In this document: positions 9,350-18,125 of the stretch, piece after piece
How the letters are laid out: every line of letters begins with the position of its first letter
How positions within the stretch are numbered: the first letter of the stretch is position 1
NCBI GenBank assembly: GCA_964369525.1
Contig: CAYJEW010000002.1
Span: 1,815 to 65,814 of the forward strand
Direction of reading: 5' to 3'
Source of the DNA: an uncultured Oscillospiraceae bacterium
GTDB taxonomy: Bacteria; Bacillota; Clostridia; Oscillospirales; Ruminococcaceae
Length of the DNA: 64,000 bases
The notes under the pieces: model-generated
What the model was told of the DNA's origin: nothing
Seen by the model: the letters and a program-made list of their open reading frames with translations, nothing else
Databases searched by the model: none
Translations under genes and position numbers: made by a program

Positions 9350-9979
9350 GTGAAAAATTATAAATTACATTTAATTCGGCATGGACTAACGCAGGGAAAT
9401 ATAGACGGGCTTTATGTGGGCGGAGGCATGGATATGCCGCTGGTGGAACAAGGCGTAGAGCAGCTGCACCAAATGAAGCAGATGTACCGCTACCCAAATG
9501 TGGGGCTTGTGTTTGCCTCGCCCATGTTGCGTGCACTGCAAACGGCAGAGATATTGTATCCCGACGTGTCGGAAAAGCTAATTTTGGAGGATTTGCGCGA
9601 GTTTAAATTTGGTGAGTTTGAAGGCAAAAGCGCAATTGAGGTTATGGAAGATGGGCGCATGGCGAGCGTTTTGGACCCTGCAAGCGACTTTAGCCCAAAA
9701 GGCGGCGAGAGCGGCAGCCAGTTTGCCGAGCGCACCGGGCGCGCGCTTTTGGCCATGCTGGAGCATCAGGCAAAACACGGAATTACCGAGGCCGCATGTG
9801 TGGCACACGGCGGGGTGATACTGTCTATGCTTAGCCAGTATGCTATGCCCAAGCGGCCGTACTATGAATGGATGAGCGATAACGGCGCAGGCTTTAGTGT
9901 GCAGGCCAGTGCGGCCATGCTGATGCGAGACCAAATGGTAGAGGCTATAGATATATTACCTTTTGGATACAGCAGATAA
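9350..9979 (+). CDS. histidine phosphatase family protein (phosphoglycerate mutase-like; possibly alpha-ribazole phosphatase)
   Basis: The RHG motif is present (LHLIRHGLTQGN), as is a downstream catalytic His (VAHGGV). An AAAGGAG RBS sits 8 nt before the GTG start. Adjacency to cobO suggests, but does not prove, a CobC role. Confidence 0.75.
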   Translation: MKNYKLHLIRHGLTQGNIDGLYVGGGMDMPLVEQGVEQLHQMKQMYRYPNVGLVFASPMLRALQTAEILYPDVSEKLILEDLREFKFGEFEGKSAIEVMEDGRMASVLDPASDFSPKGGESGSQFAERTGRALLAMLEHQAKHGITEAACVAHGGVILSMLSQYAMPKRPYYEWMSDNGAGFSVQASAAMLMRDQMVEAIDILPFGYSR

Positions 9980-10042
9980 ATGGTTAATCAACCGGCGGTG
10001 CAAAGCAGACTGCAAGCACCCAAAAGAAAAGAGGCTGATGGA

Positions 10043-10561
10043 ATGAAACAGGGCTGTGTGCATGTGTATACCGGTGACGGAAAAGGCAAAACAACAGCAT
10101 CGGTGGGCCTTGCGGTGCGTGCTGTGGGGCAGGGGCTAAATGTTGGATTTTTCCAGTTTTTGAAGAGCGGCATTTCGGGCGAGGTTGTAGCGCTGGCACA
10201 GCTTGGGGTAGAGGTGTTTTCGCCGCAGGCAGGTAGCAAGTTTGTGTGGGAGATGAACGAGGGCGAGCGCGCCGCCTGCGCCGAGCTACAGCAAAACACG
10301 CTGGAGCGCGCGATGGCAATGATGGGCGAGCTGGACCTATTGATATTAGACGAGGTAGTGTGCGCTATAGACGTAGGCATGCTAAGCGAAAAAGAGCTGT
10401 TGCGGCTTATAGAAAACCGCCCGCAGGAGCTGGAGCTTGTTATCACAGGGCGTGGGGCAAGCGAAGAGATTATGCAGCTGGCCGATTACGTTACCGAGAT
10501 GGTAAAACATGCCCACCCGTACGACCAAGGGCACAAAGCACGCAGTGGAATAGAGTATTAA
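10043..10561 (+). CDS. cobO: cob(I)yrinic acid a,c-diamide adenosyltransferase
   Basis: The sequence VHVYTGDGKGKTTASVGLAVRA (P-loop) and the LLILDE motif match CobO/BtuR-type adenosyltransferases. The track ORF starts at 9980, but the ATG at 10043 gives the usual family length. Confidence 0.8.
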   Translation: MKQGCVHVYTGDGKGKTTASVGLAVRAVGQGLNVGFFQFLKSGISGEVVALAQLGVEVFSPQAGSKFVWEMNEGERAACAELQQNTLERAMAMMGELDLLILDEVVCAIDVGMLSEKELLRLIENRPQELELVITGRGASEEIMQLADYVTEMVKHAHPYDQGHKARSGIEY

Positions 10562-10579
10562 TTTAATAGTAAAAAATAT

Positions 10580-10622
10580 AAACAAACAAGCCATCGCTAA
10601 AGCAGCGATGGCTTGTTTGTTT
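10580..10622. terminator. bidirectional terminator (cobO / permease, convergent)
   Basis: A 19-bp perfect stem, AAACAAACAAGCCATCGCT / AGCGATGGCTTGTTTGTTT, is flanked by A/T runs. Confidence 0.85.
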
Positions 10623-10633
10623 ATTAGGAGGAG

Positions 10634-11509
10634 TTATTCTAAATTAAGCTGTTTTGTAAACAGATAGCGGGTAATAAGATAGTGTATGGCAATGGGCGCA
10701 AGGGAGACAAACCCAAGTATAAGGCCGTATGCCCAAAACATGGTAAGGAAGTTGCGCAGGGTGTCTAGCGGGTTGCGCTCAATTAGATTTTCGATGTAGT
10801 TCATTATTAGATAGCTGTTATTTGTTAAAAAGGTGGACAGGGTGGCAACAAGAGGTACGTTTAGCAGGTTTTGTATCTGGCCTATTACAAAGTAGGCCAC
10901 AACAGAGCCCACAATGCGGTTTTTGAAAAGGCGGCCGCCAAGCGCTATGGCAAGATAGGTATACAAAAGCGATATGATGGAGGACAGGATGATGATGAAT
11001 ACAACGTAGCCAATGCCGGAGGCGATGATGTCGGGCGGCAGGGTGGCCAGCGAGATGTTTTGGTTTATACTTGTGCCCAAAAAGTCGAACGAACTGGTGT
11101 TAAACGGGGTAATAAAGATTAAATGCGCTTCCGGAACAAATATAAACCCGCAGATAATAGCAACAATAGCACTTATGAGAATGTAGATGGTGCTTGTTAA
11201 AAGGCGGCTTATCAAGAGCGCATCGATGCCAACAGGCAGTGTGAAGTGCAGGTAGGCCTCGTTTGACACCATGCTTTGATAAAAGCGAACTATGGAAAAC
11301 ACAAACGTAAGCACAGGGATGCACCACAAAAGTATGAGGCCGTATGACGAGGCAAGCGCCGAAAGAATTATGGCAATAGGCTCCCACATATACTCAGAGA
11401 TAAACAGAATAAAGCGGCTTACAAGTGATGAGATGAGCGCAAACGCAAAAAACGGAATAAGCAGGCGGTTGGCACTGCGAAACTCGTATTTCATAATTCG
11501 TGCTAGCAT
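10634..11509 (-). CDS. ABC-2-type membrane permease of the GntR-ABC module
   Basis: It is a polytopic hydrophobic protein whose start overlaps the stop of the upstream ATPase gene. This is the usual third gene of YtrA-type operons. Confidence 0.65.
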   Translation of the reverse strand: MLARIMKYEFRSANRLLIPFFAFALISSLVSRFILFISEYMWEPIAIILSALASSYGLILLWCIPVLTFVFSIVRFYQSMVSNEAYLHFTLPVGIDALLISRLLTSTIYILISAIVAIICGFIFVPEAHLIFITPFNTSSFDFLGTSINQNISLATLPPDIIASGIGYVVFIIILSSIISLLYTYLAIALGGRLFKNRIVGSVVAYFVIGQIQNLLNVPLVATLSTFLTNNSYLIMNYIENLIERNPLDTLRNFLTMFWAYGLILGFVSLAPIAIHYLITRYLFTKQLNLE

Positions 11510-12207
11510 TTGTACACCTCCCTAAAAAGAGCATCTATGCTCATGCCGTGGGCCTCGCGAACTTGGTCGGCTGCGCCGTGCAGGTACACAGCACCGCCGG
11601 CTAAAAACACAACGCTGTCCAGCACACGCTCTATGTCGGAAATGAGGTGGGTGGAGATGATAACAGTGGAGTTTTCGCTGTAGTTTGTAATGATGGTGTT
11701 TAAAATAAAGTCGCGTGCGGCAGGGTCTACCCCGCCTATTGGCTCGTCTAGCAGGTACAGCTCGGCCTGGCGGCTCATGGTTAGCACCAGCTGCATCTTT
11801 TCGCGCATGCCCTTGCTCATGGTTTTTAGCGGCATGTTGCGAACAAGCCCTAAGCTGTGTAGCATGTCGAGCGCTTTGTTGTACTGAAAATCGGCGTAGA
11901 AATCTTTGAAGTAATCAATAAGGTCGCCTGCGCGCATCCAGTTTGGCAGATAGTCGCGGTCGGGCATATAGCTTACCCTTGCTTTTGTGAGGGGGCTGGG
12001 GGGTGAATTTGTTACCAAAATTTCGCCGCTAGTGGGCGTTAGAAGGCCGCTTGTTAGCTTTAGCAGCGTTGTTTTACCGCTGCCGTTTGGGCCTAAAAGC
12101 CCCACAATTTGGCCACGTGGTATGTCTAAGTTTAAATTAGATAAAACCGCAGGGCCGTTTTTGCGGTACTGCTTGGTGAGCCCGCGGCAACTAAGTACGC
12201 TTATCAT
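11503..12207 (-). CDS. ABC transporter ATP-binding protein
   Basis: Walker A is GPNGSGKTT, the signature is MSKGMREK, and Walker B is LYLLDEP. ATGA start/stop overlap with the GntR gene. Confidence 0.9.
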   Translation of the reverse strand: MISVLSCRGLTKQYRKNGPAVLSNLNLDIPRGQIVGLLGPNGSGKTTLLKLTSGLLTPTSGEILVTNSPPSPLTKARVSYMPDRDYLPNWMRAGDLIDYFKDFYADFQYNKALDMLHSLGLVRNMPLKTMSKGMREKMQLVLTMSRQAELYLLDEPIGGVDPAARDFILNTIITNYSENSTVIISTHLISDIERVLDSVVFLAGGAVYLHGAADQVREAHGMSIDALFREVYKC

Positions 12208-12587
12208 GTTGATTCCTCCTTTGCGATAATGGCCTTGGGTGCATTTACATACGAGGTAATTTCGGCCTGGGTGCAGCCCAGCGCATACATGCTTTGCCGA
12301 TATTTTTCGGTGAGCTCGCCTGCCAGCTGGGCACGCAGGGCGGTGATTTTTGTAGCATCATCTGTTACAAAACGCCCGCTGGTGCGCTGAGAGTACACAA
12401 GGCCACGCACCTCCAGCGCCGCCAGCGCACGCTGCATTGTGTTTGGGTTTACTCCGGCGCTCTGCGCCAGCTCGCGCACGCCGGGCAGTCTTGCAGAGGG
12501 CGGGTATTCGCCGGTAATTATGGCGCGCTCCATATGCTCAATAAGCTGGGAGTAAATAGGGCGCTCGGCGTCGAATGTCCATTCCAA
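12204..12587 (-). CDS. GntR-family (YtrA-like) transcriptional regulator
   Basis: It has a winged HTH (PIYSQLIEHMERAIITGEYPPSARLPGVRELAQSAGVNPNTMQRAL) and a short C-terminal part. The TTG at 12587 is preferred because AAAGGAG lies 6 nt upstream. The track start is 12611. Confidence 0.8.
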   Translation of the reverse strand: MEWTFDAERPIYSQLIEHMERAIITGEYPPSARLPGVRELAQSAGVNPNTMQRALAALEVRGLVYSQRTSGRFVTDDATKITALRAQLAGELTEKYRQSMYALGCTQAEITSYVNAPKAIIAKEEST

Positions 12588-12616
12588 GGGTAGCTCCTTT
12601 CTTCGAACCAAGAGAG

Positions 12617-12680
12617 GGTCGACTGTGTGATTGTATTAGGTCGATAGAACAATAATACACCATGCATGTGAAGGTGTCAA
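12617..12680 (-). promoter_or_regulatory. promoter and candidate operator of the GntR-ABC operon
   Basis: On the minus strand the elements are TTGACA (12675..12680), a 17-nt spacer, and TATTAT (12652..12657). Downstream, two GGTCGA copies (12617..12622 and 12639..12644) lie 22 bp apart in the leader. Confidence 0.5.
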
Positions 12681-12860
12681 GCGCAGAGGTGAAAAATTAT
12701 ATTGATCGGGTTTGTAAAATTTATGTTTACGTTGTGTTAAAACGGCGGGCGGAGGCTGTGTGCTGTAGGCAGGGCAGGTAAAAATGCACATAGATTAATG
12801 GAAAAAAAGGTAGTAGGCGTGGGCGGCAAAATAGGCGAGTTAGCGCTAGCTTATTTGATT

Positions 12861-12885
12861 TTATTGTGTAAGTATGGCACAATAA
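12861..12885 (+). promoter_or_regulatory. perfect 8-bp inverted repeat upstream of the second ABC exporter pair
   Basis: The sequence is TTATTGTG-N9-CACAATAA, located about 60 nt before the 12944 start. Confidence 0.35.
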
Positions 12886-12943
12886 AATAGACAGCGGCCG
12901 CAGTGTACAGGTACAAAAATAGCGAAGGGTAGGTGCATTTAAA

Positions 12944-14827
12944 TTGTTAAAGGATAATAAACACACAACAAAAGAACAGAATGCGCTTACGTTTATATTT
13001 AGTAATGCAGGCGGCAAAAAGATATGGATGTTACTGGCGGTGTTGGCGGCGGCGGTTAGCATATCGGCAAGCTATATGGGCCCGCAGGTTATACGCTTTA
13101 CGGTGGACAGCATTATAGGCGAAGATACGGCCTCGCTACCGCAGTATGCGCTAAATATAATAGAAGCGCTGGGCGGCAGAGAGGTGCTGAGGGCTAATAT
13201 TATGTGGTGTGCCGGCGGGGTAATGGCCTTTGCGGGTATTGCGGCTATTTTTAACTTTTTGTCGCGCACCTCGATGAGCATTGGTACCGAGAGGTTCTGC
13301 AAGGCACTGCGCCAGCGGCTGTTTAGCCATGTGCAGTATCTGCCGTTTAAGTGGCAGGTGGAAAACCAAACAGGCGATATTATTCAGCGATGCACGTCCG
13401 ACCTTGATGTGGTGCGCGATTTTATGGCCAACCAGTTTTTAGAGGTGTTGCGCACCGTTATACTAATATGTGTTGCGCTAACACTTATGTTTAGCATGAA
13501 CCTACAGCTGGCGCTAGTGGCTTTTGCATTTATACCTATCATAGGCACATACTCTATTATTTTTTACAGGCTGGTAGGCAAACGCTTTTTGGCGGCAGAC
13601 GAGGCCGAGGGCGAGCTGACGGTAAACGTGCAGGAAAACCTAACAGGGGTTAGGGTTGTGCGTGCGTTTGGGCGCGAGCGCAACGAGCTGGCACGTTTTG
13701 ATGCGAACAATAACTTTTTTGCCAACCTTTGGCTAAAGCTTGGGCACACGCTGTCTATATACTGGGGAATTGGCGATATTGCCACGGGTATGCAGATATT
13801 TTCGGTGGTGTTGGTGGGCGCTGTTTTTGCGGCAAACGACACCATTACGCTTGGGGAGTATCTTGTGTTTGTGGGCTACAACCAAAGCCTTGCTTGGCCT
13901 GTGCGCACGCTGGGCCGCACGCTTAGCGAGATGAGCAAAACGGGAGTTTCGGCCACACGCATACAGCAGGTGCTGGACGCAGAGCCGGAGCCAAGTGAGC
14001 CGCAGGCGCAGCAGCCAGAGCTAAATGGTGATATCCGTTTTGAGAATGTGACGTTTGCATACGAGCACCAGCCGGTGCTGAAGGATTTGTCTTTTACTAT
14101 AAAAAAAGGTAGCACATTTGGAATTTTGGGCGCTACAGGTAGCGGCAAAAGCACAATAACATATCTTTTAAACCGATTGTATGACCTGCCAAGCGGTTTT
14201 GGCAATATATGGTATGGCGACACCGAAATTAGGCAGATAGACCGATATTATCTGAGGCGCAACGTGGGGCTGGTGCTACAAGAGCCGTTTTTGTTTTCTA
14301 AATCAATAGAGGAAAATATTGCGATAACCGATGACGACGATCGCCTTGACCACCCGCGTATCCGTAGGGCGGCAGGCGTTGCGGCGGTGGACGAGGCTAT
14401 AAACGATTTTGCACAAGGCTACGAAACGGTGGTGGGCGAGCGAGGGGTTACGCTATCGGGTGGGCAGAAACAGCGAGTGGCCATTGCACGCACGCTTATG
14501 CTTAAAGCGCCCGTGATGGTGTTTGACGACAGCATGAGCGCTGTAGACCTTGAAACCGACGCAAAAATACGCGCGGCACTGCGCACAGACACCCAGAGCG
14601 CTACTGTTATTTTAATTAGCCATCGCATAAATACGCTGATGGCAGCAGACACCATTATGGTGCTGGAGGACGGCAGGCTGGCAGACATAGGCACACATGC
14701 CGAGCTGATAGCACGGGAGGGTTTGTATAAGCGTATTTATGATATGCAAAGCGAAGCGGCCGAGGCAGGCACTGGCATGCCGCAGCAGCCAGCGGCTGAC
14801 CAGCCCGAAGGGGGTGTGGCGAGATGA
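12944..14827 (+). CDS. ABC exporter, fused permease/ATPase, degenerate-site subunit
   Basis: Walker A is GATGSGKST and the signature is LSGGQKQR. Walker B is VMVFDDS, with Asp replacing the catalytic Glu. The start is TTG; an alternative ATG lies downstream at MLLAVL. Confidence 0.88.
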   Translation: MLKDNKHTTKEQNALTFIFSNAGGKKIWMLLAVLAAAVSISASYMGPQVIRFTVDSIIGEDTASLPQYALNIIEALGGREVLRANIMWCAGGVMAFAGIAAIFNFLSRTSMSIGTERFCKALRQRLFSHVQYLPFKWQVENQTGDIIQRCTSDLDVVRDFMANQFLEVLRTVILICVALTLMFSMNLQLALVAFAFIPIIGTYSIIFYRLVGKRFLAADEAEGELTVNVQENLTGVRVVRAFGRERNELARFDANNNFFANLWLKLGHTLSIYWGIGDIATGMQIFSVVLVGAVFAANDTITLGEYLVFVGYNQSLAWPVRTLGRTLSEMSKTGVSATRIQQVLDAEPEPSEPQAQQPELNGDIRFENVTFAYEHQPVLKDLSFTIKKGSTFGILGATGSGKSTITYLLNRLYDLPSGFGNIWYGDTEIRQIDRYYLRRNVGLVLQEPFLFSKSIEENIAITDDDDRLDHPRIRRAAGVAAVDEAINDFAQGYETVVGERGVTLSGGQKQRVAIARTLMLKAPVMVFDDSMSAVDLETDAKIRAALRTDTQSATVILISHRINTLMAADTIMVLEDGRLADIGTHAELIAREGLYKRIYDMQSEAAEAGTGMPQQPAADQPEGGVAR

Positions 14828-16632
14828 CCGAGAAAACATTTAAAAACAAAAACTTTTCGCTGAAAATGTGGAAAAAAATGACCCCCTACATTCTTCCGCA
14901 TAAAAAAAATCTAATTGCGGTTATACTGCTTATGATACTACTGGCGGCTATAGACGCCGTGATACCGCTATTTTTGCGGGCGGCCGTGGATAGGTTTATA
15001 ATACCGCAAACCACAGAGGGGCTGCTGCCATATGGGCTTTTGTATGGAGGGGTTATTGTGTTGCAGGGGTTTGCCGTTGCAGTAATGGGGCGGCAGGCAA
15101 TGTATGTGGAGATGAACCTGGGTAAAGACTTAAAGCGGGCGGCGTTTTCGCACCTGCAAACGCTGGGCCTTAGCTACTACAACCAAAACGCAGTGGGCTG
15201 GATTTTGGCCCGCGTGATGAGCGATACAAACCACATATCGGGTGCGGTGGCGTGGATTTTTACCGATCTATTCTGGAGCGGCTTTTATGTAATAATTGTA
15301 ATGGGCGTTATGCTGGCGCTAGACTGGCGCCTGGCGCTGGTGGTGTTGGCGATAGTGCCTGTGGTGGCGCTGTTCACGTTTGTGTTTCAGGGTAGGTTTT
15401 TGAACGCAAACAGGCGTATGCGCCATGCGGTTAGCCGCATTACAGCAGCGTATAACGAGGGAATTACCGGAGCAAAAACCAGCAAAACGCTTGTAATAGA
15501 AGAGCGCAACAATCAAGACTTCTCACAGCTTACAGGCAAGCTGTATAAGGCGGCCAGGCGGTCGTCGCGGCTGTCGGCAAGTTTTATCTCGGTTATTGCA
15601 TTTTTCTCATCCTTTGCGGTGGCTATGGTGCTGGCGCAGGGGGGGATATTGTCGATGGAAAATGCGCTGGCGTTTGGTACGTTTTCGGCATTTATCAGCT
15701 ACGCCACAGGCATTATTGAGCCGGTGCAACAGATAGCACGCCTGATGACAGAGTTTATTGCAACCCAGGCAAACATTGAAAGGGTAGACAACCTTTTGAA
15801 CGAGCCGCCGGGCATTGTGGACGAGCCTGACGTTGTGGAAAAATACGGCGACACATTTAACCCAAAAACCGAAAACTGGGAGAAGATACACGGCGATATA
15901 GAGTTTAAGAATGTGTGGTTTAAATACCCAGACGGCGAGCAGTGGATACTGGAAGATTTTAGCCTGAAGATTCCTGCGGGGGCAAATGTGGCGCTGGTAG
16001 GCGAAACCGGCGCAGGCAAGAGCACGCTTGTGAATCTGGTGAGCAGGTTTTACGAGCCAACCGAGGGGCAGGTGCTTATAGACGGGGTGGGCGCGCGCCG
16101 CCGCAGTCAGCTATGGCTGCACAGCCAGCTTGGATATGTACTGCAAAATCCGCACCTGTTTTCCGGCACTGTTATGGAGAATATACGCTATGGGCGGCTG
16201 GACGCCACCGATGAAGAGGTGTACGAGGCGGCAAGGCTTGTTAGTGCCGATTTGGTTGTGGCAAAGCTTGAGAATGGATATGAAACAGAGGTGGGCGAGG
16301 GCGGAGACAGGCTTTCCACCGGGGAAAAACAGCTTATAAGCTTTGCGCGCGCAGTGCTTGCAAACCCGCCGATATTTGTGCTGGACGAGGCTACCAGCAG
16401 CATAGATACCGAAACAGAACAGCTTATTCAAAATGCAATATCGCATATACTGGAGGGACGCACCAGCTTTTTGGTGGCACATCGTCTTTCTACCATTCGG
16501 CATGCAGACATTATACTGGTGGTGCGTGACGGGCGCATTATAGAACGTGGTAGCCACAGCGAGCTTATGGCGCAAAAAGGATACTATTATGAGCTGTATA
16601 GGGCAATGCGCATAGAGGAAAGCGCGGGGTAG
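14824..16632 (+). CDS. ABC exporter, fused permease/ATPase, consensus-site subunit
   Basis: Its start overlaps the upstream stop as ATGA. Walker A is GETGAGKST and Walker B is IFVLDEATS. The signature is degenerate (LSTGEKQ). Confidence 0.9.
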   Translation: MTEKTFKNKNFSLKMWKKMTPYILPHKKNLIAVILLMILLAAIDAVIPLFLRAAVDRFIIPQTTEGLLPYGLLYGGVIVLQGFAVAVMGRQAMYVEMNLGKDLKRAAFSHLQTLGLSYYNQNAVGWILARVMSDTNHISGAVAWIFTDLFWSGFYVIIVMGVMLALDWRLALVVLAIVPVVALFTFVFQGRFLNANRRMRHAVSRITAAYNEGITGAKTSKTLVIEERNNQDFSQLTGKLYKAARRSSRLSASFISVIAFFSSFAVAMVLAQGGILSMENALAFGTFSAFISYATGIIEPVQQIARLMTEFIATQANIERVDNLLNEPPGIVDEPDVVEKYGDTFNPKTENWEKIHGDIEFKNVWFKYPDGEQWILEDFSLKIPAGANVALVGETGAGKSTLVNLVSRFYEPTEGQVLIDGVGARRRSQLWLHSQLGYVLQNPHLFSGTVMENIRYGRLDATDEEVYEAARLVSADLVVAKLENGYETEVGEGGDRLSTGEKQLISFARAVLANPPIFVLDEATSSIDTETEQLIQNAISHILEGRTSFLVAHRLSTIRHADIILVVRDGRIIERGSHSELMAQKGYYYELYRAMRIEESAG

Positions 16633-16723
16633 ACCATGGGCTGAAATTGTGAATATACTTTTAATAATTTACAAGTAAAGTTCGCTTTATCGCACATGTG
16701 ATGCAAAATATGCGCTAAATCGG

Positions 16724-16752
16724 TTTACAAAATCAATAATTTAGGGTAAAAT
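16724..16752 (+). promoter_or_regulatory. promoter for the DUF3048 lipoprotein gene
   Basis: The elements are TTTACA, a 17-nt spacer, and TAAAAT. Confidence 0.5.
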
Positions 16753-16835
16753 GTGCAATTGAGGTTTGAAAAAATATCCATGCATGGTAGAGCCTTGGCA
16801 TGGATAAATGCAACAATATAAGGGGTTACTACAAC

Positions 16836-18011
16836 ATGAAAAAAATGATAAGCCTTTTGCTGGTTACTATTATTGTATTTAGTTTTGCGGCCTGCAGTCA
16901 GCCGGCAGAGTCTGCGGGAACAAGCGCGTCTATGCCTGCACAAAGCGGCAGCGGCTCGGAGGCAATTCCCGAGCCTGAGGTGCTGAACCAAGCTTTCCTA
17001 ACAGGTCTTTCTAAAGGGGCAGACTATCCCGAGGGCCAGCGTATTGCAGCCGTAATGGTGAATAATATTGCCCAAAGCCGCCCAACACGCGGCCTTTCGG
17101 AAGCGCAGATACTGGTGGAGATTAAGGTAGAGGGCGGTATAACCCGCTTTATGGCTATATATGAAGACTACACAGAGATACCTATGGTAGGCTCTATGCG
17201 TTCGGCGCGCGACCAGTTCTTCCAGCTATTACTACCATTCTGGGGCTTTTACATGCACGAAGGCCCTGCCGGCGAAAGCCCTGTGAACTGGCTAATTCGT
17301 GACTATGACTACGAAGAGTTTGACATCCAGCCGGACGACGGCGACCTACGCTTCCAAGACCCTGCACGCGCAGGCTGGTCTTCGGAGTTCACATGGTATA
17401 CCGATGCAGAGCACATTATGGATACCATTGCAACAAAAGGCTCGGACGACTACCGCTCCTACGGTAGCCCGATATTCAACTTTGTGCCCTATACCGAGCC
17501 TGCACGTGTGCCTGAAGATGGCGAAGCGGCTGAGGTTGCTGTAATTCACTCGGCAAGCTACATTAGCCATTTTTCGTACAACGAGAGCACAAGCAAGTAC
17601 GACATGAGCCAGTTTAACTCCTACTACGGCGGCGTGGACGCAACAATTGACGAGAACAACGGCGACCAGCTGGCGTTTGACAATGTGATAGTGCTTTTTG
17701 CCCCAATGACACTTTGGCCCGACTCGCAGCTGGTAAAGGTGGACTACTCGGTAGGTGGCGCAGGCTACTATATATCGCAAGGCCAATATGAGCTGATTTT
17801 CTGGCGTAAAGGTGCTGAGAACCATCCGCTAATACTGGAAAGAGCCGACCGCAGTGGCGAGCAGGTGCTGGTAAACCCCGGCACAACCTATCTTGCAATT
17901 GTGGACGATGAAGAGCTTGGTAGCTTTGATGCACATCTACAGGCAGGTACAGCAGGCGAAGCCGCAGAGGGTGGCGAGGTAAACCAAGACGAGGTAGAAA
18001 CCGAAGAGTAA
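16836..18011 (+). CDS. DUF3048 domain-containing lipoprotein
   Basis: The N-terminus MKKMISLLLVTIIVFSFAAC carries a lipobox. The DUF3048 core reads AVMVNNIAQSRPTRGLSEAQILVEIKVEGGITRFMAIYED. The C-terminal tail is acidic. Confidence 0.8.
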   Translation: MKKMISLLLVTIIVFSFAACSQPAESAGTSASMPAQSGSGSEAIPEPEVLNQAFLTGLSKGADYPEGQRIAAVMVNNIAQSRPTRGLSEAQILVEIKVEGGITRFMAIYEDYTEIPMVGSMRSARDQFFQLLLPFWGFYMHEGPAGESPVNWLIRDYDYEEFDIQPDDGDLRFQDPARAGWSSEFTWYTDAEHIMDTIATKGSDDYRSYGSPIFNFVPYTEPARVPEDGEAAEVAVIHSASYISHFSYNESTSKYDMSQFNSYYGGVDATIDENNGDQLAFDNVIVLFAPMTLWPDSQLVKVDYSVGGAGYYISQGQYELIFWRKGAENHPLILERADRSGEQVLVNPGTTYLAIVDDEELGSFDAHLQAGTAGEAAEGGEVNQDEVETEE

Positions 18012-18125
18012 AAACGGCGCTACGGGTATTTAATTAAAGTTATATGCCTGTGGGCAGGATAAATTAAACTGGGCGGCAGCGTTGTTTTACGGCGGTGCCG
18101 CCTAGCTAAATTTTGGAGAGTGCAG

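Noticed and set aside
12727-13062. A 111-aa minus-strand ORF lies in the leader and 5' end of the second ABC exporter.
   Set aside because: It is antisense to the exporter start, has no RBS and has a low-complexity hydrophobic/Cys composition.
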